Origin: an uncultured Pseudobdellovibrionaceae bacterium | GTDB taxonomy: Bacteria; Pseudomonadota; Alphaproteobacteria; Micavibrionales; Micavibrionaceae | Assembly: GCA_964409255.1 (NCBI GenBank) | Contig: CAYPCP010000001.1 | Span: 1-49,795, forward strand | Reading direction: 5' to 3' | DNA length: 49,795 bases | Part shown: positions 34,125-41,741 of the stretch, one piece after another | Position numbering within the stretch: the first letter of the stretch is position 1 | Layout of the letters: every line of letters begins with the position of its first letter | Made by a program: the position numbers and the translations under genes | The notes under the pieces: model-generated | Databases searched by the model: none | Seen by the model: only the letters and a program-made list of their open reading frames with translations | Told to the model about the DNA's origin: nothing

Positions 34125-36095
34125 TTATTTGCCCTTGGTCGGGCCGGTGCTCGAACGGTAGAGATTATTGCGGATTTCGTTCAGAACGGTGCTCTGGTGC
34201 TGGCGTATGCGGATTTCGAGGATCATGGACAATAACATCTCGCGGCGCATCATGGCCTCGTGGATGTCGCGGTCCTGCATGGATTTGATGGCCGCCATGG
34301 ATGTGCGGATACGCGCGACGTTGGCCGGCTTGTCGTACAGGTTCACGATGAAATTCGGGTCCTGATAGATTTTTTTGGTCAGGATTTCCATCTGCGCGTA
34401 ATAGCTCGGGCGGTCGCCGAGAAGCTTGAGGATCTCTTCCTCCTCCAGCCCCATTTCCTTGATCAGCGCGCGCATGTACGGCGCGGAATTGCCGGTATGA
34501 TCGGGCCCTTGCGTTTTCTGCGCGATAATGGCGGCAATGCTGTTGCGGGCGACCCCGCGCATCGCCACGACAGAGCGCAGCTTCTGGAACGGCTCGCTGA
34601 AGACTTTCAGCGTCGTGTACGATTCCGCGACGGCCGGGAACGGGCGGTGCATGAACAGGTTGTTGACCAGCGCGAAAAGATTTTCCTCGTCCTCCGTCAC
34701 TTTCCCGTCGTCGATGTCGATCTCCAGCGACAGCGGGTTGTCGAGCGTGGTGGTGTAATCGACGTCGCGGTTGGCGCGCACCGGCTTGGAGTCTTTCTGT
34801 TTGCAGAAATAATCGGCTTCGGTGCCGTTATCCTCGACGTTACAGAACACGTCGCGCAGCTGTTTCGCGCGGGATTTCAGATCTGATTTGTCGCTCTCCA
34901 GCGTGGTGCTCTCACCCGACGACAATTCCCGTTTCAGGATGCGGCGCGCAATCGCGAGGTGCGACATTTCCATCGCCTTTTCCGTGTTGGAAAGATTGCG
35001 GACCATCGTGCCGATTTCACACATCTGCACCGACGGCTGGTAATCCTTGTGCGCCTCCGCGGTTTTTTGCTGCAGCAGGCGCTGCAGCTCCAGCTGGTTC
35101 TTCGCATCGAGGAACGTGCCGATCGCCTTGACCTGATCCATCATCGCGGTCATGAGCTGGCTGGTCATGATCTGCAGCGACGCGACCCAGATCTGGCGCA
35201 ACCCCGTCGTCAGCTCGCTCAGATGGTGTTCGGTCGGCCCGCCCGGAAGGTCCCCGCCCGACACGTCCGGGTAATTATCGTAGTCGGTGTTGTACCGCCC
35301 GGCGCCCGTATCGCTCATGCCCTGGCCGCCTTCGCAGTTTTTCTGCGTGTCGTCGCCGCACTTCCCGTCCGTGCCGCCGGAATCGTTACAGGACGAATCG
35401 CCCGGCGCCACCACGCTGCAAATCGAATAGCCTTTGAAACAGCACACATACGCGCCGATCGACGTGCCGTATTTGTCCGAGGCGCCCGCGCCCGTCTTGT
35501 TGGTGTAACCGCACACCCCGTTATTTCTCTTCTCGCTGCCCGCGCCGCCAAGGTGGCCGCCGCCCAGAATACCGGACAGGGTGATGTTACAGGACTTGCC
35601 CGGCGCCTGTTTGCCGATATTCTGATGGCACCATTTGGTCTGGTTATAGAGCTTGATCATATGCTCTTTGAATGCGGCCTTTTGTGCTTCGGGATTTTTA
35701 AGGAAGTCCTGGATGGAATTGACGCCGTGATTCTTCGCCTTCTGGCACCACTGGCCGGAGAAAGACTGGTACGCGCCCGATTTCACCGGCTGGCTGCAAT
35801 ACCACCCGATTTCCTGCAGGCGTCCTTCCCCGAACTGGAAATAACCGGCGTAACCGATGTCGTTTCTCGCCTGCGGGTTGTTCGTACTTTCGCGTTTTGC
35901 TACCGCGCCCATGAATTGTTCCCACCCGCACGAGCTTGACGGCGTGCCGGTGGTTCCGCTCGGGCTTTCGGCGATGGTGCCGTCCTCGTTCTTAACGCTC
36001 GCGTGCCCGCCGCCGATCGGCATGACAAACGCGGCCGCGACAACAAGAACGGTCAAAAGGCGCAGGGCGCTATGCGTGAAACGATGCATCATCAT
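34125..36095 (-). CDS. Paralog A of the secreted Cys-cluster core family; N-terminal lysozyme/SLT-like module (tentative)
   Basis: 656 aa with signal-like MMMHRFTHSALRLLTVLVVAAAFVMPIGGGHA. AVAKRESTNNPQARNDIGYAGYFQFGEGRL is muramidase-like. Core motifs: MTSQLMTAMMDQVKAIGTFLDAKNQLELQRLLQ, AHKDYQPSVQMCEIGT, NRDVDYTTTLD, PSYYAQMEILTKKIYQDPNFIVNLYDKPANVAR, MQDRDIHEAMMRRE. Confidence 0.85.
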   Translation of the reverse strand: MMMHRFTHSALRLLTVLVVAAAFVMPIGGGHASVKNEDGTIAESPSGTTGTPSSSCGWEQFMGAVAKRESTNNPQARNDIGYAGYFQFGEGRLQEIGWYCSQPVKSGAYQSFSGQWCQKAKNHGVNSIQDFLKNPEAQKAAFKEHMIKLYNQTKWCHQNIGKQAPGKSCNITLSGILGGGHLGGAGSEKRNNGVCGYTNKTGAGASDKYGTSIGAYVCCFKGYSICSVVAPGDSSCNDSGGTDGKCGDDTQKNCEGGQGMSDTGAGRYNTDYDNYPDVSGGDLPGGPTEHHLSELTTGLRQIWVASLQIMTSQLMTAMMDQVKAIGTFLDAKNQLELQRLLQQKTAEAHKDYQPSVQMCEIGTMVRNLSNTEKAMEMSHLAIARRILKRELSSGESTTLESDKSDLKSRAKQLRDVFCNVEDNGTEADYFCKQKDSKPVRANRDVDYTTTLDNPLSLEIDIDDGKVTEDEENLFALVNNLFMHRPFPAVAESYTTLKVFSEPFQKLRSVVAMRGVARNSIAAIIAQKTQGPDHTGNSAPYMRALIKEMGLEEEEILKLLGDRPSYYAQMEILTKKIYQDPNFIVNLYDKPANVARIRTSMAAIKSMQDRDIHEAMMRREMLLSMILEIRIRQHQSTVLNEIRNNLYRSSTGPTKGK

Positions 36096-37555
36096 GGAAT
36101 CGGCCTGACCGTCCCTTCCTGATCCATACGTTCGATTTCGCTGGCCAGCGGCTCCTGAATTTTCATCAATTCCATTTCAAGCCAGACCGCCATCGTGGCT
36201 TCGGAACGCAGCATGCTGCGGTAAATGTCGCGTTTCTGCATATTGCCGATGGCGCGCATGGCCACGTTTTTACGCGCGACGTTGGCGGGCTTGTCGTACA
36301 GGTTGGTGTAGAAATTCGGGTCCTGATAGATTTTCTTGGTCAGGATATCCATCTGCGCGTAATAGCTCGGCTTGTCGGACAGCATTTCTTCGATGTCCTT
36401 GTCCGGGATGCCGATTTCTTTCAGCAGCGCTTCCATATACGGCTTCACTTCTTCGCCGCCCTTGGTGCGCATCGCGGCAATGGCGGCGAAGCTGTTCTGC
36501 GCCACCGACCGTTTCGCCGCGAGGGACCGCAGGTCCATGATCGCAAACGCGCCCGCTTCCTTCTGGTTGCCGTCATTGTCGGCGATAAAGATCTCCGGCA
36601 GCGGGAAGGGCAGGGTATGGCCGTACATGTTGGCGGCCAGAGCGAAGATGTCTTCCTCGTCCGCGCTGGCGCCGCGGTCCGTGTGCTTGGCGTCGCCCTG
36701 CGGGGTGAAATCGATTTCCAACGTATCGGCGCGGTCGATCGTGGTGGCGAAATCGACGTCCTTGTTACGGCGTTTTTTGTCGCCGCCCGCGCCGCACAGC
36801 TTGGAGAAACCCTTGGCGTTGTCGTTCGGGTCGCAGTAAACGCTCATGAATTGTTCAAGGCGGCTTTCAAGGTCGGAACCCGACCCGCTCGACAGCACGT
36901 CGGCGGAAATAAGCTGGCGCTGCAACATCCGATTTCCGATCACGATGTGGCTGAGCTGGCTGTTCTGGTCCGCGATGGCCAGGCTGCGCGTATTCGTCCC
37001 GAACATACAGACGCCTTCGCTGACCTGGTAATCCTTGTGCGCTTCGGCGTGAAGCTCCTGGAACAATGCCTGACTCTCCAGCTGGTGCTTCGCGTCGTAC
37101 AGCATGCCGATCATCGTGATGTGTTGCATCGCCGCCGCCGTCAGCTGTTCCGTCATCAACATCATGGCCGGCAGCATATGCGCTTCCCACACGATCTTCA
37201 CCAGCCATTCGCGGTGGATCAGGAATTCGTCCGTGATATACGGAATGGTGATCTTCGTCTGCTCCGCATCGGTACACGCGCAATCCTGGCCGCAGGCGGT
37301 CTGAAGCGGGCAGCAGCGGCAGCACGCGACGCACGGGCACGGGTTGCACGGGCAGTTTCCGCTGACCGTCTGGGTGTTGTCCGTGCCGATGCCGATGGTG
37401 ATCGTAATCTTCGGGCCTTCCTGCGGTTTCTCCGCGCCCGCATCCTCGGCGGCATGGGCCGACAGGCCGGCGGCGGCCAGCATCAACGCAACCGCCAGCG
37501 CGGTTAACATCTTCGCCCTGAACCCGCCCAGTCTTTCCAGCATCGCCTTCATCAT
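36092..37555 (-). CDS. Paralog B of the secreted Cys-cluster core family
   Basis: 487 aa with signal peptide ..LMLAAAGLSAHA. Cys cluster CPCNPCPCVACCRCCPLQTACGQDCAC (37274-37354). Core: LYDAKHQLESQALFQELHAEAHKDYQVSEGVCMFGT, DLRSLAAKRSVAQNSFAAI, PSYYAQMDILTKKIYQDPNFYTNLYDKPANVARK, MQKRDIYRSMLRSE. 4-nt overlaps at both ends. Confidence 0.85.
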   Translation of the reverse strand: MMKAMLERLGGFRAKMLTALAVALMLAAAGLSAHAAEDAGAEKPQEGPKITITIGIGTDNTQTVSGNCPCNPCPCVACCRCCPLQTACGQDCACTDAEQTKITIPYITDEFLIHREWLVKIVWEAHMLPAMMLMTEQLTAAAMQHITMIGMLYDAKHQLESQALFQELHAEAHKDYQVSEGVCMFGTNTRSLAIADQNSQLSHIVIGNRMLQRQLISADVLSSGSGSDLESRLEQFMSVYCDPNDNAKGFSKLCGAGGDKKRRNKDVDFATTIDRADTLEIDFTPQGDAKHTDRGASADEEDIFALAANMYGHTLPFPLPEIFIADNDGNQKEAGAFAIMDLRSLAAKRSVAQNSFAAIAAMRTKGGEEVKPYMEALLKEIGIPDKDIEEMLSDKPSYYAQMDILTKKIYQDPNFYTNLYDKPANVARKNVAMRAIGNMQKRDIYRSMLRSEATMAVWLEMELMKIQEPLASEIERMDQEGTVRPIP

Positions 37556-38922
37556 TCCAGTGGCTCCACGGTGCCTTCCTGGTCGAGGCGGCTGATTTCG
37601 TTCTGGATCTCTTCCTGACGGTCCATCAGCGACGTTTCAAGGATCACGGAAAACAGCGTTTCGCTGCGCAGAAGGCTGCGGTAGATGTCGCGCTTCTGCA
37701 TCAGGTTGACGGCCTGCATCGCCGCTTCCTTGCGCATGACGTTGGCCGGCTTGTCGTACAGCTCGGTGAAGAAGCCCGGGTGCTGGTAAATCTTCTTGGT
37801 CAGCATCTCCATCTGCGCGTTATAGCTCGGGTTGGTGCCGAGATATTTTTCAATCTCCTCGGCTTCCAGCGCGCCGTTGCTCATTTCCTTCATCGCCGCG
37901 TACAGGAACGGCGTGACATCCGGCGTGCCCTGCGCCCGCTGGCCGACGATCGCGGCGAAGCTGTTCTGCGCCACCGACCGCTTTGCCGCCAGCGCCCGGA
38001 CATCGAGAACTTTCAGCGCGCCTTCGGACGGATCCCCGTCTTGGTCGAGCAATTCGCCCGGCAGGACGGTCGGTAATGGATCGTTTGCGTAGAGGTTCGA
38101 CGCCAGCGCGAATACGTTTTCCTCGTCCTTCGTCATGGCCTTTTTGTCCGGCGTGAAATCGACGTCGAGCGTCAGCGGGAAATCCACCGACGCCGTGAAG
38201 TCCACGTCGCGGTTATACCGCGTCTTGTCCGTTCCGCCGCCCTTGCAAAGGTTCTCGAGGCCCAGGCCGTTATCCTTGGGATTACAGAAGATCGCGCGGA
38301 ATTGTTTCAGGCGGCTCCAGAAATCCGATTCATCCGACGCCGCGGTCGAAACGGTGCCGGACAACAACTGCCGTTCGTTCATGCGGTTGGCAAGGGCGAT
38401 CTGCGTAAGCGTGCCGCGGCGCTCCGCCGTCGCGATACCCTGCGTTGCGGTGCCGAATTCGCACAGGCCTTCGCTCGGCTGATAATCCCTGTGCGCTTCC
38501 GCCGTCATCATCTGGAACAGGCGCTGCGTTTCCATCTGGTGCTTGGCGTCGAGCATCGAACCGACCATCAGCACCTGCAGATTCATCGTCGCGGTCAACT
38601 GGCTGGCCATGATCTGCATCGCGGCCAGCATGCCGGGGATCGTGTGGTGGTCGCTTGAATTGCCGACGCGGTCATCCTTGAAGAAAATATCGACCATCCA
38701 CTGGCGGTGGCGGCGGAACGCCTCCGTGATGTGGTCGGTGGTGATCTTGGTCTGTTTGTTGGACGTGCATACGCACGTCTTGGCGCAGGTCTTGATCGGG
38801 TCGCAACACGCGCCGCAACCGCAACTCGCCATCGCGGGCGACGGACCGGCGACCGGCCCCACCGATACCGGCGCGGCGATCAGAACAAATGCGACGAACA
38901 GGCTGCGCAGGAAGGTCGTCAT
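37552..38922 (-). CDS. Paralog C of the secreted Cys-cluster core family (shortest, near core-only)
   Basis: 456 aa with a signal peptide. CGCGACCDPIKTCAKTCVC (38767-38823). MLDAKHQMETQRLFQMMTAEAHRDYQPSEGLCEFGT, FCNPKDNGLGLENLCK, VRALAAKRSVAQNSFAAI, PSYNAQMEMLTKKIYQHPGFFTELYDKPANVMRK, MQKRDIYRSLLRSE. Confidence 0.85.
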   Translation of the reverse strand: MTTFLRSLFVAFVLIAAPVSVGPVAGPSPAMASCGCGACCDPIKTCAKTCVCTSNKQTKITTDHITEAFRRHRQWMVDIFFKDDRVGNSSDHHTIPGMLAAMQIMASQLTATMNLQVLMVGSMLDAKHQMETQRLFQMMTAEAHRDYQPSEGLCEFGTATQGIATAERRGTLTQIALANRMNERQLLSGTVSTAASDESDFWSRLKQFRAIFCNPKDNGLGLENLCKGGGTDKTRYNRDVDFTASVDFPLTLDVDFTPDKKAMTKDEENVFALASNLYANDPLPTVLPGELLDQDGDPSEGALKVLDVRALAAKRSVAQNSFAAIVGQRAQGTPDVTPFLYAAMKEMSNGALEAEEIEKYLGTNPSYNAQMEMLTKKIYQHPGFFTELYDKPANVMRKEAAMQAVNLMQKRDIYRSLLRSETLFSVILETSLMDRQEEIQNEISRLDQEGTVEPLE

Positions 38923-41741
38923 TACGGCGTTCCTCCCTGATTCATGATTTTCAGTCCGGGCCCGCCTTCGGGCGTGATTCTGCTTTTCACTTTGGTCTGC
39001 TGTTCGGTCAGCAGGGCTTCGAGAAGCACTGAACCGATCATCTCGCTGCGCAGAAGGCTTTGGTAAATGTCGCGGTCCTGCATCATGCCGATGGCTTTAA
39101 GGGCGGCGGCCTTGCGCGCGACGTTGGCCGGCTTGTCGTACAGCTCGGTGTAGAATACCGGGTTTTCGTACGCTTTCTTGGTCAGCACTTCCATCTGCGC
39201 GAAATAGCTCGGGTTCTTGCCGACGATCAGTTCGACCTGTCCTTCCGGCACGCCCAGTTCCGCGATCATGCGCTTGAGGAACGGCGCGGATTCCTTTTCC
39301 CCGCTGATGCGCTCGCCGATGATGGACGACAGCGAGTTCGACGCGACCGACCGTTTCGCGGCAACCGCGCGCAGATCCAAATAATACGGAACGGAATCGA
39401 GCCGGATGTTTCCATCGCCGTCGGCATAGACGCTCGGTGTGCGCGTCGGCAGGACGTCATGCCCGATCAGGTTGGAAACAAGCGCGGTTACGTTCTCATA
39501 ATCCTTGCTTCGCGCCGTGCCTTCACCGCCGACACTGCCATCTTCGGCGCCGACGGAATTTTCATCGGGCGTGCCGCCGGCCTGGTCGTCATCGTCACCC
39601 GTGCCTCCGTTATCATCGCCGTTGCCGGTGCCATCGCCGTTGCCCGTGCCGCCGGTGCCCCCTGTTCCTCCCGTACCCCCGGTCCCGCCGGTACCTCCTG
39701 TGCCGCCCGTTCCACCGGTTCCGCCCGTGCTGTCGCCACCGAAAACGATGATGATCCTTGCCGTGGCGCTGCCGATCAGCGTCGTGTTCAGCGTGTACGT
39801 AAAGACGTCGTCGTGCTCCTTCAGTCCCGTGTCGATCAGGTTATAGGTGAAACTGCCCGAGGCGCGGATGGTCAGCGTTCCGTAACGGCCTTCGATGGTG
39901 ACGCCCCCTTCGGCCGGCACGTCCTTGGTGATGACCTGCTCGGTCTTATAGTCATACGCGCTGATCTGCGTGACCTTGGAATTGTAAATGTCGTACAGGT
40001 CGTTCTCCAGCGCGTTGCCGGTAACCGTCGTCTTTCCTTTCTCGATGCCGCGTATGTCGTCGACGGGCACGGGCGGCTGCGATACGGACCACGAGGATGA
40101 GGAAGAGCCGGACGCCAGCGTCAGCGCCGGATGGCGCGCGCGCGCCGCGTCGCCCAGTCCGGGCATGCGGTGCGAGCCAGTCAGGCGCGACAGCTCGCCG
40201 TCATGCCGCGCGCGTTGAACGTAACGGGTGAAGTCTTTTTGCGCGGCCGGGGCGACGGCGGCGAATTTTGTGGCCTCGTCATCGCCGTCCTGCGGCAGGA
40301 AGAACGCGCCTTTCTGGCCGGTGCCGGCGTCGAGCAGGTCGATCTCCAGCGTCAGTTTCGTCTCAATGCTGCGAATGAAATCGACGTCGCGGTTCTGGCG
40401 GTCTTTCGGCGCGCTTTTCTTGCACAGGCTCTGAAGGCCGTTGGCGTTGTCCTTGATGTTGCAGAATTTAAATTTGAACTGCGCCAGACGGCTGAGCCTG
40501 TCGGATGCAGGGCCCTGCTGCGCCTGCGTTTCGCCCGATCCCAGCATGCGCTTTAACGAATCTTCGGCGAACGCCATCTTGGCCAGATCGGCGCGGCGGC
40601 TCGACGCCAGAAGGCTGCGGGACAGCGTGCCGAATTCGCACAGCCCTTCGCTCGGCTGGAAATCCTTGTGCGCGCGCACCGACATGCGCTGGAACAGGCG
40701 CTGTGTTTCAAGCTGGTGTTTCGCGTCGAGGAAATTGCCGAACATGCGAACCTGCTCGATCCCGACGGCGGTCAGCTGGCTCGTCATCATCATCATCGCG
40801 CGCAGGATGTGCTGCTGGAAGAAGGTGAGCGCCATCCACTTGCGATGCTCTTCGAATTCGCTGGCTTCGTTCGACTTGTCGAATTCGTCGACGTGGCGGC
40901 GGATGCGTTTGTGGTCGTTGATGATCGGCTGCGTACACGGGCAACAGCAGGATGTACACCCGTCGTTGTTGTTTTGCGCGTTGACGAACGGGTCGCTCTG
41001 CGGATTGTTGGCAACGACGCCGCCCGTGCCGTTCGAATTATTGTTGTTATTGTTATTTGTGTTGTTGGTGTTCGTATTGTTCGTATTCGTTTCGGTGATG
41101 GTGTTGTTGCCGGTGGTGGCGGCATTGGTGGTGGCGTTGGCCACGGCGACCTGCCCGCCCGCGGACGCCACCAGGTTGGGCGCGACGGTGGATGCCGCCT
41201 GAACGAATTGCTGGACCGACGCCGGGTTGGTCGCCAGCGAGGTCGCCAGCGATGCGGCCGAGGCGATTTTCGCGACATTGCCGATGGCGTCGGCGATGCC
41301 GCCCGCGCCCAGCTGGCCCGCGATCGCACCCAGACCTTGTTGTATGTTGCTGTTGCCCAGAACCTTGGCGAGGTCCTGCACGTTGCTGATGTTGCCCAGC
41401 CCGCTGATCCCCGCAAGGCCCAGCGCCGTCTGCGGATTAATCGACCCGCCCATGACGCTGTCCAGAACGCCCGCCATTGCGGTCGGCGACACATTGCTGT
41501 TGCCGGTGAACGTATTGATAAGGGACGTCGCATCATTCAGGCTGATCTTGCCGCTGCCGGCGAGCGTCGAGGCCGCCTGGCCCGCGTTCATGGTGCCGTT
41601 GCCCAGATTGATGGTGATGTTAAGCCCGTTCTGCGCCATCGCGGGCGTGGCGAATGTCAGGCACGCCCCCGTCATAACGATCAATGCCGCGCGGGTCACG
41701 CGCTGCGCAAGGGTGGGGGCGGCGCGGCGTTCCTGCATCAT
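38922..41741 (-). CDS. Paralog D of the secreted Cys-cluster core family, with an N-terminal low-complexity module and a ~265-aa internal insertion (Ig/VCBS-like + GGT repeats)
   Basis: 939 aa with signal-like ..ALIVMTGACLTFATPAMA. Asn/Thr run; CTSCCCPC (40935-40958). FLDAKHQLETQRLFQRMSVRAHKDFQPSEGLCEFGT. Insertion TVTGNALENDLYD...GRYGTLTIRASGSFTYNL...DDVFTYTLN...ARIIIVF followed by (GGT)9. Then LRAVAAKRSVASNSLSSI, PSYFAQMEVLTKKAYENPVFYTELYDKPANVARK, MQDRDIYQSLLRSE. Confidence 0.85.
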   Translation of the reverse strand: MMQERRAAPTLAQRVTRAALIVMTGACLTFATPAMAQNGLNITINLGNGTMNAGQAASTLAGSGKISLNDATSLINTFTGNSNVSPTAMAGVLDSVMGGSINPQTALGLAGISGLGNISNVQDLAKVLGNSNIQQGLGAIAGQLGAGGIADAIGNVAKIASAASLATSLATNPASVQQFVQAASTVAPNLVASAGGQVAVANATTNAATTGNNTITETNTNNTNTNNTNNNNNNNSNGTGGVVANNPQSDPFVNAQNNNDGCTSCCCPCTQPIINDHKRIRRHVDEFDKSNEASEFEEHRKWMALTFFQQHILRAMMMMTSQLTAVGIEQVRMFGNFLDAKHQLETQRLFQRMSVRAHKDFQPSEGLCEFGTLSRSLLASSRRADLAKMAFAEDSLKRMLGSGETQAQQGPASDRLSRLAQFKFKFCNIKDNANGLQSLCKKSAPKDRQNRDVDFIRSIETKLTLEIDLLDAGTGQKGAFFLPQDGDDEATKFAAVAPAAQKDFTRYVQRARHDGELSRLTGSHRMPGLGDAARARHPALTLASGSSSSSWSVSQPPVPVDDIRGIEKGKTTVTGNALENDLYDIYNSKVTQISAYDYKTEQVITKDVPAEGGVTIEGRYGTLTIRASGSFTYNLIDTGLKEHDDVFTYTLNTTLIGSATARIIIVFGGDSTGGTGGTGGTGGTGGTGGTGGTGGTGGTGNGDGTGNGDDNGGTGDDDDQAGGTPDENSVGAEDGSVGGEGTARSKDYENVTALVSNLIGHDVLPTRTPSVYADGDGNIRLDSVPYYLDLRAVAAKRSVASNSLSSIIGERISGEKESAPFLKRMIAELGVPEGQVELIVGKNPSYFAQMEVLTKKAYENPVFYTELYDKPANVARKAAALKAIGMMQDRDIYQSLLRSEMIGSVLLEALLTEQQTKVKSRITPEGGPGLKIMNQGGTP
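39645..39725 (-). repeat. Nine imperfect 9-bp tandem units encoding (Gly-Gly-Thr)9 inside paralog D
   Basis: The minus strand reads GGCGGAACC GGTGGAACG GGCGGCACA GGAGGTACC GGCGGGACC GGGGGTACG GGAGGAACA GGGGGCACC GGCGGCACG. Codon usage varies between units. Confidence 0.9.
41031..41090 (-). repeat. Low-complexity AAT/AAC/ACN tract encoding an Asn/Thr run (TNTNNTNTNNTNNNNNNNSN) in paralog D
   Basis: A visibly AT-rich island (attattgttgttattgttatttgtgttgttggtgttcgtattgttcgtattcg) in an otherwise GC-rich gene. Confidence 0.8.

Noticed and set aside
39645-39725. Possible CRISPR-like or non-coding tandem repeat
   Set aside because: The units are 9 bp, have no spacers, and are in frame inside a CDS where they encode (Gly-Gly-Thr)9. 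This is a coding low-complexity repeat.
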